Source of the DNA: an uncultured Thermoplasmata archaeon
GTDB lineage: Archaea > Thermoplasmatota > Thermoplasmata > Halarchaeoplasmatales > Halarchaeoplasmataceae
Length of the DNA stretch: 45,469 nt
Assembly (NCBI GenBank): GCA_964399335.1
Contig: CAYNQI010000007.1
Location: 1 to 45,469 of the forward strand
Reading direction: 5' to 3'
In this document: positions 16,301 to 24,353 of the stretch, piece after piece
Position numbering within the stretch: the stretch's first letter is position 1
Layout: each line of letters starts with the position of its first letter
The notes under the pieces: generated by a model
Told to the model about the DNA's origin: nothing
The model's input: the letters and a program-made list of their open reading frames with translations, nothing else
Databases searched by the model: none
Made by a program: the position numbers and the translations under genes

Positions 16301-19211
16301 TGTATCGTTCTACGATGGTTTCCCCGGAGAAGATAGTTTGATAGACGCCGAAGCTGATTTGGAGATAGACCCTGATTCACATGTGATTGTGGAAGTAGAA
16401 TGGACCCCTGAAACCAGAGGAAATCGTGATATTCATGTGATCGTAGAACATGGAGACGAGATCATCCAAGCCGTAGTTACTAAACCTATCTTCAGCGTAG
16501 ATTATAGTGAAGATCTGATTATAGGTGGTGAAGGATTTCCGGAGTATGAACAGATATCAGTGGGACGGGATATAGGTGGTTTTGTTTTAGTTCAGGATTC
16601 AGGAGTTCTTGAGATAGTCGGTCCAAACGCGGGTATCGAACTGGTGATGAATCAAGACAATAGATACAATGTTATTGTACAAGATCAAGGGTCATTGAAG
16701 ATCGAGAATGGGCAATTAAGTTCAGACCATAATTTCAATCTTAATCTAGAAGATGAATCCGAGTTAGTTTTAGGAGATAATAGTGTTGTCTCTGATACAG
16801 TGAATCTAAATGCTAGAGATAACTCCCAAGTAAGTATATCTCATACTACATTCCACGGGTCTATGGATATCACCTCTGATGTTTTCTACAGTGAAGGAAG
16901 TGAGTTCACCTCTCAAGATGTAATGTTAAATCCATCGTATGTTGATATGACTAACAGCACGTTCGAAGTCGATTTAGTTCATTTCCATGATACCGAAGGC
17001 AGTTTGACATGGGTCGAAACTGGAGCGATCCAAGCGACTGGTGATTCTGAGATCCAGTTATATAGATGGGTTAAAGCTACAGCACTCAGTCGTACCAGAT
17101 TAACAATCCAAGGAGCTGAAGTGACTGCTGAGAATCTACAAACGGATTATACGGTTACTGGTATAACCGACAGCGATGGAGTTGCTACTTTAAGAGTGCT
17201 TACTGATATAATTACAAAGGATGGAGCCTCGATCAGAAACTCCTATCGATTTAGTGCTAGCTATGTTCCTGAAGGTACAGATGACGAATATGAAGTTGAA
17301 TTCCAGGAGAGTTTACCACGTTATAACAGTCAAGAATATATTATCGAATTAGATATGCACTTAGAAGACCTTGCTATACCTGATCTAAGTATAAGTCAAG
17401 AAGATATCTATGCTGATAGAGATGAAATCAGTATAAATGAAGAGGTTTGGATATTTGCAGATATTGAGAATGTTGGTGAAACGGAAGCAGAAGGAGTTGA
17501 TGTATACTTTTATATCGATCAAACAGATGAGTTAATAGGTGTCGATAATTTAGATTCAGTTCCTACTGAAGGTTACTCTACTGCGAGTGTGACTTGGACT
17601 GCTGAGATGACCGATGAAACCATGGCTACCGAGGATATCGATATCAGAGTTTGGATAGATCCTGATGTTGAACCTATACAGGATCCGAATTTGGCTAACA
17701 ATGAAGCTGTGACTACATTAACAGTTAGATCTCCTCCGATTACTGAGTTTGACTCAGATATAATACTATGGAGAGACGGAACTCAGCTTACCGAGGAGGA
17801 CCAAATAGTAGAAAGGGACGATCTAATAATCAATATAAGACTTACAAACATAGGCGGTTCAGACCTGGTGGATGGGACTTTGAACATTTCAATATCCGGC
17901 GATGAACTTATCAAAGATAATGTTAGCATAGAAAGCGGTGACGTTCTAAATTATACATACGAATGGAACGTCAGGATGCGCGGTCAACAGAACATTCAGG
18001 TATGGTATAATTCATCAGCTATAGATCCAGCTTCTAGTTCATATACCAATAGAACCATAAACATAGCAAATATGGATCTCGAATTTACTGGTGTTTCTTT
18101 ACTTGAAACTGAACCGGGTGCAGATAAGGTAATACAAGGGACTTTAGTTAGAGGAGATGGTACAGGCATATCAGGCATAGATATACACGCTTATTTGATA
18201 GACGAAGATGGTCAGATCGCTCAAGATGCTACGATCACATCTGGTGATGGTGGAGACTTTATCATGGAGATACCGGAACCTGCTAGAGAAGGCAGATACA
18301 GCCTAAGTCTCGAAGCTGATTACCCGGATGCTGAGAGAATACCCACAGGCCAGAGTATCGAGGTCGGAGAGCCTGTTGAAACAGGTATTCCACTATGGAT
18401 GATAATAGCGGTAATAGGTGCTATCGCCGGCGGAAGCGTCGGAGGTATATTTGCATACATGAAGATCAAAGGACCTGGAGAATGGGTAGAATGTGGTAAC
18501 TGTGGTACTACCATACCGTCGGATGTTCAAGAATGTCCGGAATGTGGTGTAGAATTTGAAACTGAAAAAGTGAAATGCAGTGAATGTGGAGAATGGATAC
18601 CATATGACTCAGATGAATGTCCAAATTGTGGTTCTCAATTCATAAAAACAGGTGAAGAGGTACAAGATTACGAGGAAACTATGAAACAACAATATGAAAA
18701 TTATGTGGAGAAATATAAGTCTAAAGCAAAAGTAGAGCTTGGAGAAGAGTTTACAGAGGAAGAATTCATGGACTGGTGGCAGGAACAACCATCTTACATA
18801 ACCTTCGATGAATGGCTTGAGAGAGAAGAAGCTAGAAGAAAAGAAGGTGGAATAGAGTGTCCCGAGTGCGGTGCATTGAATAGTGTTGATGATGCTATCT
18901 GTCAGAAATGTGGTAGCACTTTGATCACTTTGGATGAGGATATGGATGAAGAGGACATCGATGTCGATCTTGAAGAAACTGAAGCTTCATTAGATCTCGA
19001 AGTAGAAACAGACGAAGAATTCGACGAAGATTTATCAGATGAACCTGACGATGAGTTCGAAGAAGAGGATCCTGAAGAAGAGGAACCTGAAGAAGAGGAA
19101 TCACAGGATAAACAAAAGAAGAAAGTAGTTGCGAAGAAAGTCAAGAAAAAACCAAAGAAAGTAGTGAAGAAGAAGGTCAAAAAGAAAGCCAAGAAAAAAG
19201 AGGATGAATAA
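13308..19211 (+). CDS. Giant (~1970 aa) acidic single-pass surface protein: beta-rich repeats and CARDB domains outside; zinc ribbons and a charged tail inside
   Basis: Signal peptide; several CARDB units (VDPYDDYDELNTDNN, VDPDNDIDEVDTTNN, IDPDVEPIQDPNLANNE); TM helix near 18390-18460; three CxxC-x10-CxxC ribbons; D/E run; Lys-rich end. Start at ATG 13308 after a GGTGA RBS. Confidence 0.85.
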   Translation: MYKSEKQLSKILSLTILFLLVTGILVPVMSETKGYGSHPEIDAEEATDDIEPFSDDEWLITETVYVNSSRQIDSHITITGEGELIINDSTLTLLIDEYHPWKIEILDGGRLELWNSVITTKLRNDGDVLRPYLKTNISAQNGSEILMEENSEFKFPGWVFIENSDFTMRKSSFESLDEVPDYDGIEEKNNDDCPRFTALNGSSILIEDSEINDYYSFSRDGDDKMVWRTFEDNLETEEGEYVLGPNKTLEIDEWYLDDADFPFGVHDYIDPYNRISALAIEITYSTEDNYTVSSPLNYSVNDEWKEALIIGPQGTEETFSSDIWELDLDSFYRGEENYLKDLSINLTNQEISDNNNKSIIISEINLVSEYNNDIYIRDSEMTVINSHIDVDYNAAQPDPTDDDSITTDETWMQDANLERRAIRLIDSDFRSYGVYPQDEWSPDGDPFLIADENSENRTWYYRWVTVTALDSAGTPLPETNINITLDESLKDLSEALYDNVDERNDLTDNLKAWDYFNRTGKGYYDHENNTFITGEDGQVTLFLISDRVNHPQDWPNTRSVGDYFIEGKHEEVETADGEINLENFPNMNETATFHDYDLIFDEEIPLPDFNITEDDFRILKDGIEVSFVTRGTELELEATVSNTGRKDAVGNIELVFYSYFEDEPESVIVETEDLDGLEANESKTRSVFLDTTEMDLGDYLIGAHVDPYDDYDELNTDNNFADKEITLSDKANLQPFELAADPADTITDGEDISFYAGIENIGGTDAHDVTVSFYYEDGETLIGSDTIEEIPGNDSIRYTELVLWEDYPGPGEYNVTVVVDPDNDIDEVDTTNNELWGTFTILSTAELFIDLRVEPDDLYEDETVDITGTINNTGETISSDIDVYFYLDEGTEYEDLIHSEFVPGIEGGDTVTFDYQWTAEMVSGELSETRTISMIIEPEDEGQIEEPRKDVPIDLMKPAHISLVEDDISFDDELSEIGKMLNISAEVWNSGGAEATVDVSFYDGFPGEDSLIDAEADLEIDPDSHVIVEVEWTPETRGNRDIHVIVEHGDEIIQAVVTKPIFSVDYSEDLIIGGEGFPEYEQISVGRDIGGFVLVQDSGVLEIVGPNAGIELVMNQDNRYNVIVQDQGSLKIENGQLSSDHNFNLNLEDESELVLGDNSVVSDTVNLNARDNSQVSISHTTFHGSMDITSDVFYSEGSEFTSQDVMLNPSYVDMTNSTFEVDLVHFHDTEGSLTWVETGAIQATGDSEIQLYRWVKATALSRTRLTIQGAEVTAENLQTDYTVTGITDSDGVATLRVLTDIITKDGASIRNSYRFSASYVPEGTDDEYEVEFQESLPRYNSQEYIIELDMHLEDLAIPDLSISQEDIYADRDEISINEEVWIFADIENVGETEAEGVDVYFYIDQTDELIGVDNLDSVPTEGYSTASVTWTAEMTDETMATEDIDIRVWIDPDVEPIQDPNLANNEAVTTLTVRSPPITEFDSDIILWRDGTQLTEEDQIVERDDLIINIRLTNIGGSDLVDGTLNISISGDELIKDNVSIESGDVLNYTYEWNVRMRGQQNIQVWYNSSAIDPASSSYTNRTINIANMDLEFTGVSLLETEPGADKVIQGTLVRGDGTGISGIDIHAYLIDEDGQIAQDATITSGDGGDFIMEIPEPAREGRYSLSLEADYPDAERIPTGQSIEVGEPVETGIPLWMIIAVIGAIAGGSVGGIFAYMKIKGPGEWVECGNCGTTIPSDVQECPECGVEFETEKVKCSECGEWIPYDSDECPNCGSQFIKTGEEVQDYEETMKQQYENYVEKYKSKAKVELGEEFTEEEFMDWWQEQPSYITFDEWLEREEARRKEGGIECPECGALNSVDDAICQKCGSTLITLDEDMDEEDIDVDLEETEASLDLEVETDEEFDEDLSDEPDDEFEEEDPEEEEPEEEESQDKQKKKVVAKKVKKKPKKVVKKKVKKKAKKKEDE

Positions 19212-19260
19212 TCTTCTTTTCTAAACCCCTTTATTTTTTAATATCTATTTTTTTAGTTTA
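19212..19260 (+). terminator. T-rich terminator after the giant gene
   Basis: TCTTCTTTTC...TTTATTTTTTA...TTTTTTTAG immediately after the stop codon. Confidence 0.5.
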
Positions 19261-19264
19261 TTCT

Positions 19265-19395
19265 GTAGAAACGATAGAGATAGTTGGACCTTCTAAGTGT
19301 TGTCTTGTGGCACGGTCCATCGAGTCCCACAGATAGTCAAGTAATCGCCTTCCGTTTTCTTAAGAAACCCCTATAGACTACGCTTTGCTATAGAG
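19265..19395 (-). ncRNA. Possible omega-RNA/right-end scaffold remnant of the tnpB element
   Basis: Lies at and downstream of the tnpB 3' end. Hairpins: CTCTATAG/CTATAGGG (19395-19369), palindrome TTTCTTAAGAAA (19356-19367), and TGGACC-GTG...CAC...GGTCCA (19319-19285). Confidence 0.4.
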
Positions 19396-19790
19396 ATCAA
19401 AGCTGATAGATCAGGATAATATTCAGTCACGGGACTGTCATCGTTCGTGCATCGGAACAGGTTGCCTTAACTGACTCTTTTTCGTACACAGTGATGACCA
19501 TTTCTTAGAGATGTTCTCAAATTTTACATATATCACAGGTACCCTTTCTTCAGCGGCCTTGTATCCTATCTTCCCTTGCAACTTTCTGAAAGCACATGAA
19601 TGTAGTCCTTCGTTCATACCTGCTGTAGTCACCGTGATCGAAATCTATTCTTCACAGTATGCCACTCCCTGCGGAATCGCTTACACTCGTTACCACCCTA
19701 TATTTCCCATTCTCCAGTGTCAACACTGCCATTCAGAGAATATCCATCTAAAAGCGTTCCTCGCCTACGTCGAGACCTAACTGTGTGGTA
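19265..19790 (-). mobile_element. tnpB: Degenerate IS200/IS605-family tnpB remnant (frameshifts, stops, internal deletion)
   Basis: Minus-strand fragments in different frames: TQLGLDVGE (RuvC-I, ~19790-19760), GGNECKRFRREWHTVKNRF, MNEGLHSCAFRKLQGKIGYKAAEERVPVIYV, and GNLFRCTNDDSPVTEYYPDLSALISIAKR (Zn finger/RuvC-III, stop at 19371). No tnpA seen. Confidence 0.8.
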
Positions 19791-19885
19791 AACTAACTTG
19801 GATTCTACACCTAAACCTCGTATTACACAATAAGATACAACGATTATGAATCTTACAAACTCAGATGGTATACAATTGTTTATTC

Positions 19886-20728
19886 CTAAGTTGATACTTT
19901 CATATTTATTGTTGAGTACGTGACGGACAAGTTGATGACATTATTATCTTCAAAGTCAAGTGTTATAACATCTTCATCTGTGTTAGGTGTTAGGTCTAAC
20001 CACCGTTCCCATCCACCTGTGTTCTCAGTAGCTATCTCTATAACCACGTTTTCAGGATTACTATATGATATCCTACTAGTACCCCATAACTCTGTGATCA
20101 CTCCGATATTTCTAGAACCACCTAGTCTGGTTTCCTCTCCCTGTATATCGATTATATGGATATTGATAGTATAATTCCCATCCTCTTCTTCTATCGAGAT
20201 CTGAGGAGGTGCCCTCACGATCGAGTCCTCTTCTTGTTGTAGGAGTATGGCACCATTTTCATAAACGATAGTTTGTTGTTCGAAATACCTATTTCTTGCT
20301 TCTAAAGATAGAGTGCCACTACCTTCAAATTCACGGGAACGCCCACCATTCGCTTCATTGAAATTGAGAGTCATACCTCCATCTTCTGGCAGTAAACGGA
20401 TCACCCCCATAGTACGGCTTGCGAATAAAGGAACCCCTTCAGCACCAAGTGTTACAGTATTATACATTGAATAATCTTCCTGTTGATTCATTACAAGTGT
20501 ATCTACCGTACTTTTTATCTGAGTGAACTGCCCCATAGCATGATCTACATGATAAGCTTCCTTGTCTTCCATCCATATCGGAATATATTGCTGAGTAATA
20601 AGAGATAATAGACTGAGAAAAACTAATAATGCCATAATCGTGCCTACAGTAGTTGCTACACCATCGTCCGAATCCGATATTTCACGTCTGCGACACCTTC
20701 TTTTATTCATATTTTCCATAAACAACAC
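19886..20728 (-). CDS. Type IV pilin-like protein with a class III signal peptide
   Basis: Short charged N-terminus, DG/VA cleavage-type motif, hydrophobic stretch VGTIMALLVFLSLLSLI, beta-rich C domain; last gene of the pilus operon. Confidence 0.7.
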   Translation of the reverse strand: MLFMENMNKRRCRRREISDSDDGVATTVGTIMALLVFLSLLSLITQQYIPIWMEDKEAYHVDHAMGQFTQIKSTVDTLVMNQQEDYSMYNTVTLGAEGVPLFASRTMGVIRLLPEDGGMTLNFNEANGGRSREFEGSGTLSLEARNRYFEQQTIVYENGAILLQQEEDSIVRAPPQISIEEEDGNYTINIHIIDIQGEETRLGGSRNIGVITELWGTSRISYSNPENVVIEIATENTGGWERWLDLTPNTDEDVITLDFEDNNVINLSVTYSTINMKVST

Positions 20729-20730
20729 CT

Positions 20731-22380
20731 TTAATCTTCTTCTAAACCCTTTTTTACCATTTCCATAACTCCGTCTTTATCCTTGTAATAAGAGGATATT
20801 ATATGGGCAAATTCTTGGTAATTATTGATTTCATTTTTATCCATGTATTCAAGGACCATCTTTCTTCGTTTTACCTCTCTTTCCATCTCCCTCGAAGTCC
20901 AATTCTTAGATTCACCCACTTTACTATAAACGTAACTATGTCCACTATAATTGAACGAATCATCGGCGGGGTTCCAAGTATAAGCCTTGTTTGTGATCAG
21001 TTCATTGGTATCAGGATCCACACCTACGATCTCTGTTATGGCTTTGATACGTCGAACCATCTTAGTCCCTACTTTGACTTTGGCCTGTAATAATACGACA
21101 TCCAAAGCTCCTACAAGATTTCTCGGTAGGTTGATCGGATCGTTTTCCATCCTATTCACCATAGTCTGGACATCGTCTGCGTGGAAGGTCGTGTATGCAC
21201 TTTTACCTGTGGCCATGGCCTGGAAAACAACATAAGCTTCCTCACCTCTTACCTCACCGACCATCATATATTGGGGTCTCTGTCTGAGGGCTGCTTGAAG
21301 AAGTTGGAACATGTCTACCTCCCCGGCCCTTTGCCCGGATTCGTCAGTCTCTCCAAATCCGCTCCTTGTGAGAAGTGGGACCCAATTATCGTGAGGTAAA
21401 TTCAGTTCTCTCGTATCTTCAATACTAACGATCTTCATCTGTGGGGGGATGAATAAAAGGATAGCGTTAAGCGTGGTAGTTTTACCCGATGCTGTGCCTC
21501 CACATATCAACATGGATTGACCATTTTCTATAGCTATCCAGGCATAGGCCATCATCTCTGGGTTGAATGTTTTAAAATGGGTGAGGTCGATAGGGGTAAA
21601 AGGATCTTCTTCGAATCGACGTATAGTAAAAGATGAACCTTTTTGTGTTACATGGGTACCGAGTGTTTCTTGTAACCTTGAACCGTCTGGCATGGTAGCA
21701 TCCAGCATCGGATCAGAAACTGAGATATGTTTCCCACTTCTTTGCGCAAGCCAAACAACAAAATTATCCAATTCTGCTGCAGATTCAAAAACAATATTGG
21801 ACTTCATGGAACCATATTTCCGGTGAAAAACGTATATCGGTATATTAGTTCCATCACATGAAATATCTTCAGGGTCAACATCATTCATCACCACATCCAT
21901 GGGACCGAAACCTAAGAAATCTCTACTTACATAATACATTATCCTTTTTTCAGAGACCTCTCTTAGATTTATATCCAATTTTTTCAAGATATCTCTTACT
22001 TTATCTTTAAGATGTTCCTCTTTCTCTTCTTTAGTTTCTAAATCTACCATCTCGAATTCTTCTATGAGCTTGTCTTTAATCGTTTCAAGAACAGCCTCTT
22101 CGTCTTCATCTAAAGATGGCTCAATGACTTCATATATGTATTCATTAGAAGTATTGTCATATTTTATTCTAACATAAGAATATGGGTCGTCTACAGGATT
22201 TATTTCGATCTCTTTCATATCCTCGTCGGCTAATTTTGGAATTTTTGTTATTTCCTCATCTAGTTCTGAGTCTTCTTGGTCCATAGAACGAGGCATGTAC
22301 ACCTTTTTTGGTTTTTTATTTAAGGTGAGCGAACTCAATTTTCTTTGTATTTTATCTCCTATTACTGACATATTTATCAT
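20731..22380 (-). CDS. Type II/IV secretion ATPase (VirB11/FlaI/GspE family), copy 2
   Basis: Walker A GGTASGKTT, SIEDTREL, RQRPQYMMVGEVRG and TTFHA. Confidence 0.93.
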   Translation of the reverse strand: MINMSVIGDKIQRKLSSLTLNKKPKKVYMPRSMDQEDSELDEEITKIPKLADEDMKEIEINPVDDPYSYVRIKYDNTSNEYIYEVIEPSLDEDEEAVLETIKDKLIEEFEMVDLETKEEKEEHLKDKVRDILKKLDINLREVSEKRIMYYVSRDFLGFGPMDVVMNDVDPEDISCDGTNIPIYVFHRKYGSMKSNIVFESAAELDNFVVWLAQRSGKHISVSDPMLDATMPDGSRLQETLGTHVTQKGSSFTIRRFEEDPFTPIDLTHFKTFNPEMMAYAWIAIENGQSMLICGGTASGKTTTLNAILLFIPPQMKIVSIEDTRELNLPHDNWVPLLTRSGFGETDESGQRAGEVDMFQLLQAALRQRPQYMMVGEVRGEEAYVVFQAMATGKSAYTTFHADDVQTMVNRMENDPINLPRNLVGALDVVLLQAKVKVGTKMVRRIKAITEIVGVDPDTNELITNKAYTWNPADDSFNYSGHSYVYSKVGESKNWTSREMEREVKRRKMVLEYMDKNEINNYQEFAHIISSYYKDKDGVMEMVKKGLEED

Positions 22381-22381
22381 C

Positions 22382-23320
22382 TCACGCCATCAATTCTATA
22401 CCACCGAACATTATTCTCAATGCTACGAAACCTATCAAAGTGAGTATAAATGTGTGTTTCATACCTTCAGCGATCCTACCAGTCTGTAAAACACCTGCTA
22501 CAATGCCATCTCCAATACTGTGTGCGAAAACAGCTAACGTAAATATAAATCGGATCGTCGGAATAATATCTACTCTGATCTCAGCTCCTCCCATACCTCC
22601 ACCGGCCATATCATCAACGTCTTCTACTGCATCTCCTTCCATTTGGGCACCGGCTTCCGCCATCTGGGCAAGGAATTGGGTATTTAAGATAATAATCACG
22701 ACGATGAAAACTGCAAATGATATATAGATAACAGCAAGGTAAGATGTCATAGCGATCCTCTGTTCGTCCTCTGAAAGATGGACTTGTTTAGTATCTCTAG
22801 AGACCATACCTAAAACATCTGCAACATTACCTCCTGCATCGTTTGCTTTAATGATTATTGCAACGACCCTATTAACGAGAGGGGTGTCAACTCTATCTGA
22901 AAAAAGCTCTAGGGCTTGTGATGCAGGTATACCCCATTCAATTTGTGCTGCCATCTTCTCTATTTCGGGAGTTAACTTACCATATCTACCTGAAGCCGAT
23001 ACAACGATTGCATCAGCTAGGGTCATACCGAACCTTCCTGCTTCTGCGACATCTCTAAGGAAATCAGGAAGTCTTCTTTCTATCTGCTTTATCTCATTCT
23101 GTTTATAACTAACGTAGAAACCGAAAGGACCAAAGAAACCCATACTTGCTATCATAGCCCAATCTATAGGTTCAAGGGGTATGGGAGCGGCATCGATCAA
23201 GTTCAGGATCATGATGAATACCATCACTCCAGCTAAAACACCTGAGATGATGAGTATCTCTCTCGTTTTACCGAGTTTCATCATTTTTTCGAATGCTGTT
23301 TCTTGTTCATGTTTTGCCAT
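22382..23320 (-). CDS. TadC/FlaJ-like (T2SS-F) pilus platform membrane protein
   Basis: IERRLPDFLRDVAE..G.TL..A, several TM helices, within the ATPase operon. Confidence 0.88.
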   Translation of the reverse strand: MAKHEQETAFEKMMKLGKTREILIISGVLAGVMVFIMILNLIDAAPIPLEPIDWAMIASMGFFGPFGFYVSYKQNEIKQIERRLPDFLRDVAEAGRFGMTLADAIVVSASGRYGKLTPEIEKMAAQIEWGIPASQALELFSDRVDTPLVNRVVAIIIKANDAGGNVADVLGMVSRDTKQVHLSEDEQRIAMTSYLAVIYISFAVFIVVIIILNTQFLAQMAEAGAQMEGDAVEDVDDMAGGGMGGAEIRVDIIPTIRFIFTLAVFAHSIGDGIVAGVLQTGRIAEGMKHTFILTLIGFVALRIMFGGIELMA

Positions 23321-23327
23321 TTTATCA

Positions 23328-24353
23328 TCAATCCTGGTTTATCAACCAAATTATCATTATGAAACCGAGCTGAGCCCCGGGTATCATGATTCCAACTACT
23401 CCATAAAGTAGTGGTATAGGATCACCTCCACCCATGCCCCCCATCAAAGCCATTATTGCCATTATGACGACAAGGAAGAGTGGAAATGCCACAACAACAG
23501 TTACGAAACTTTCAGCCATCATACCTAGCGTTTCCATGTTTTGTTGAACTACCAATTTTCTTTCTTCTTGGTACTCTTGTAATTTATTTGTAAAGTAAGG
23601 TTTTAGTTTACCACCCGAACTTGAAGTTGTGATAACACCTTGTATAAAGTCACGGAATTTCTCGGATGGCGTTCTATCTGCTGCCCTTTGAAGGGCTGTA
23701 AGTATATCTATTCCAAGGAGTTCAGTATCTCTTGTGATCCAATCGGCTTCTTTCTGTACTTCTCCATAAAGAGGTTGTTTTGATAACTCTTTAAAAATAA
23801 GGTCTATGTTGATGTTAGCTGAAGCCATAGATGCGATAAAACTCATAGCGTCAGGTAGTTTCTTATCGATCTTTTTACCTCTACTGTTTGCCTTCATACC
23901 AGGGGACGCCATCAAACCAAAATAAGTGCCTACAGGTGCTATAACAGCAACTAGAGCACCAGCTCCGAAAAGCAACCATCCTAAGTTCAAGAAAGCGTCT
24001 AGAATAGGGCCTATAAAGATACCTGCAATACCCCCACCGACAAGTGCTAATATGGTGCTCATCCAAACAAAAGCTATGTATTCTTCGACCCTAATCTTCA
24101 TCTGAGCAGCTAGCAAGTCATCTTCAAGGTTTTGATTTTCTATACCCTTCTTCTTAACTATAGGTCCTAGAAATTTCCAACAAAATTTTTGATATGGTGA
24201 GAGGTCTAAATATTCGGGAACGGCTGATTTTGGAAGTTTTATCATATGCGGACCGTACTTTTCGATTTTATCACTTGGTTTGGTCCTTTTAGTTTTTAGA
24301 AAACTATCTTTACTCACCTTCAGTTTATCGAAAGCGTTTTCTATTTCTACCAT
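23328..24353 (-). CDS. TadB/TadC-like (T2SS-F) pilus platform membrane protein
   Basis: IDKKLPDAMSFIASMASA, TPSEKFRDFIQG and TM helices; TGATG overlap with the upstream ATPase. Confidence 0.88.
   Translation of the reverse strand: MVEIENAFDKLKVSKDSFLKTKRTKPSDKIEKYGPHMIKLPKSAVPEYLDLSPYQKFCWKFLGPIVKKKGIENQNLEDDLLAAQMKIRVEEYIAFVWMSTILALVGGGIAGIFIGPILDAFLNLGWLLFGAGALVAVIAPVGTYFGLMASPGMKANSRGKKIDKKLPDAMSFIASMASANINIDLIFKELSKQPLYGEVQKEADWITRDTELLGIDILTALQRAADRTPSEKFRDFIQGVITTSSSGGKLKPYFTNKLQEYQEERKLVVQQNMETLGMMAESFVTVVVAFPLFLVVIMAIMALMGGMGGGDPIPLLYGVVGIMIPGAQLGFIMIIWLINQD

Noticed and set aside
19511-19780. 89-aa plus-strand ORF, and 19438-19632 taken as a stand-alone gene
   Set aside because: The first is antisense to the tnpB remnant; the second is one frame-fragment of it.
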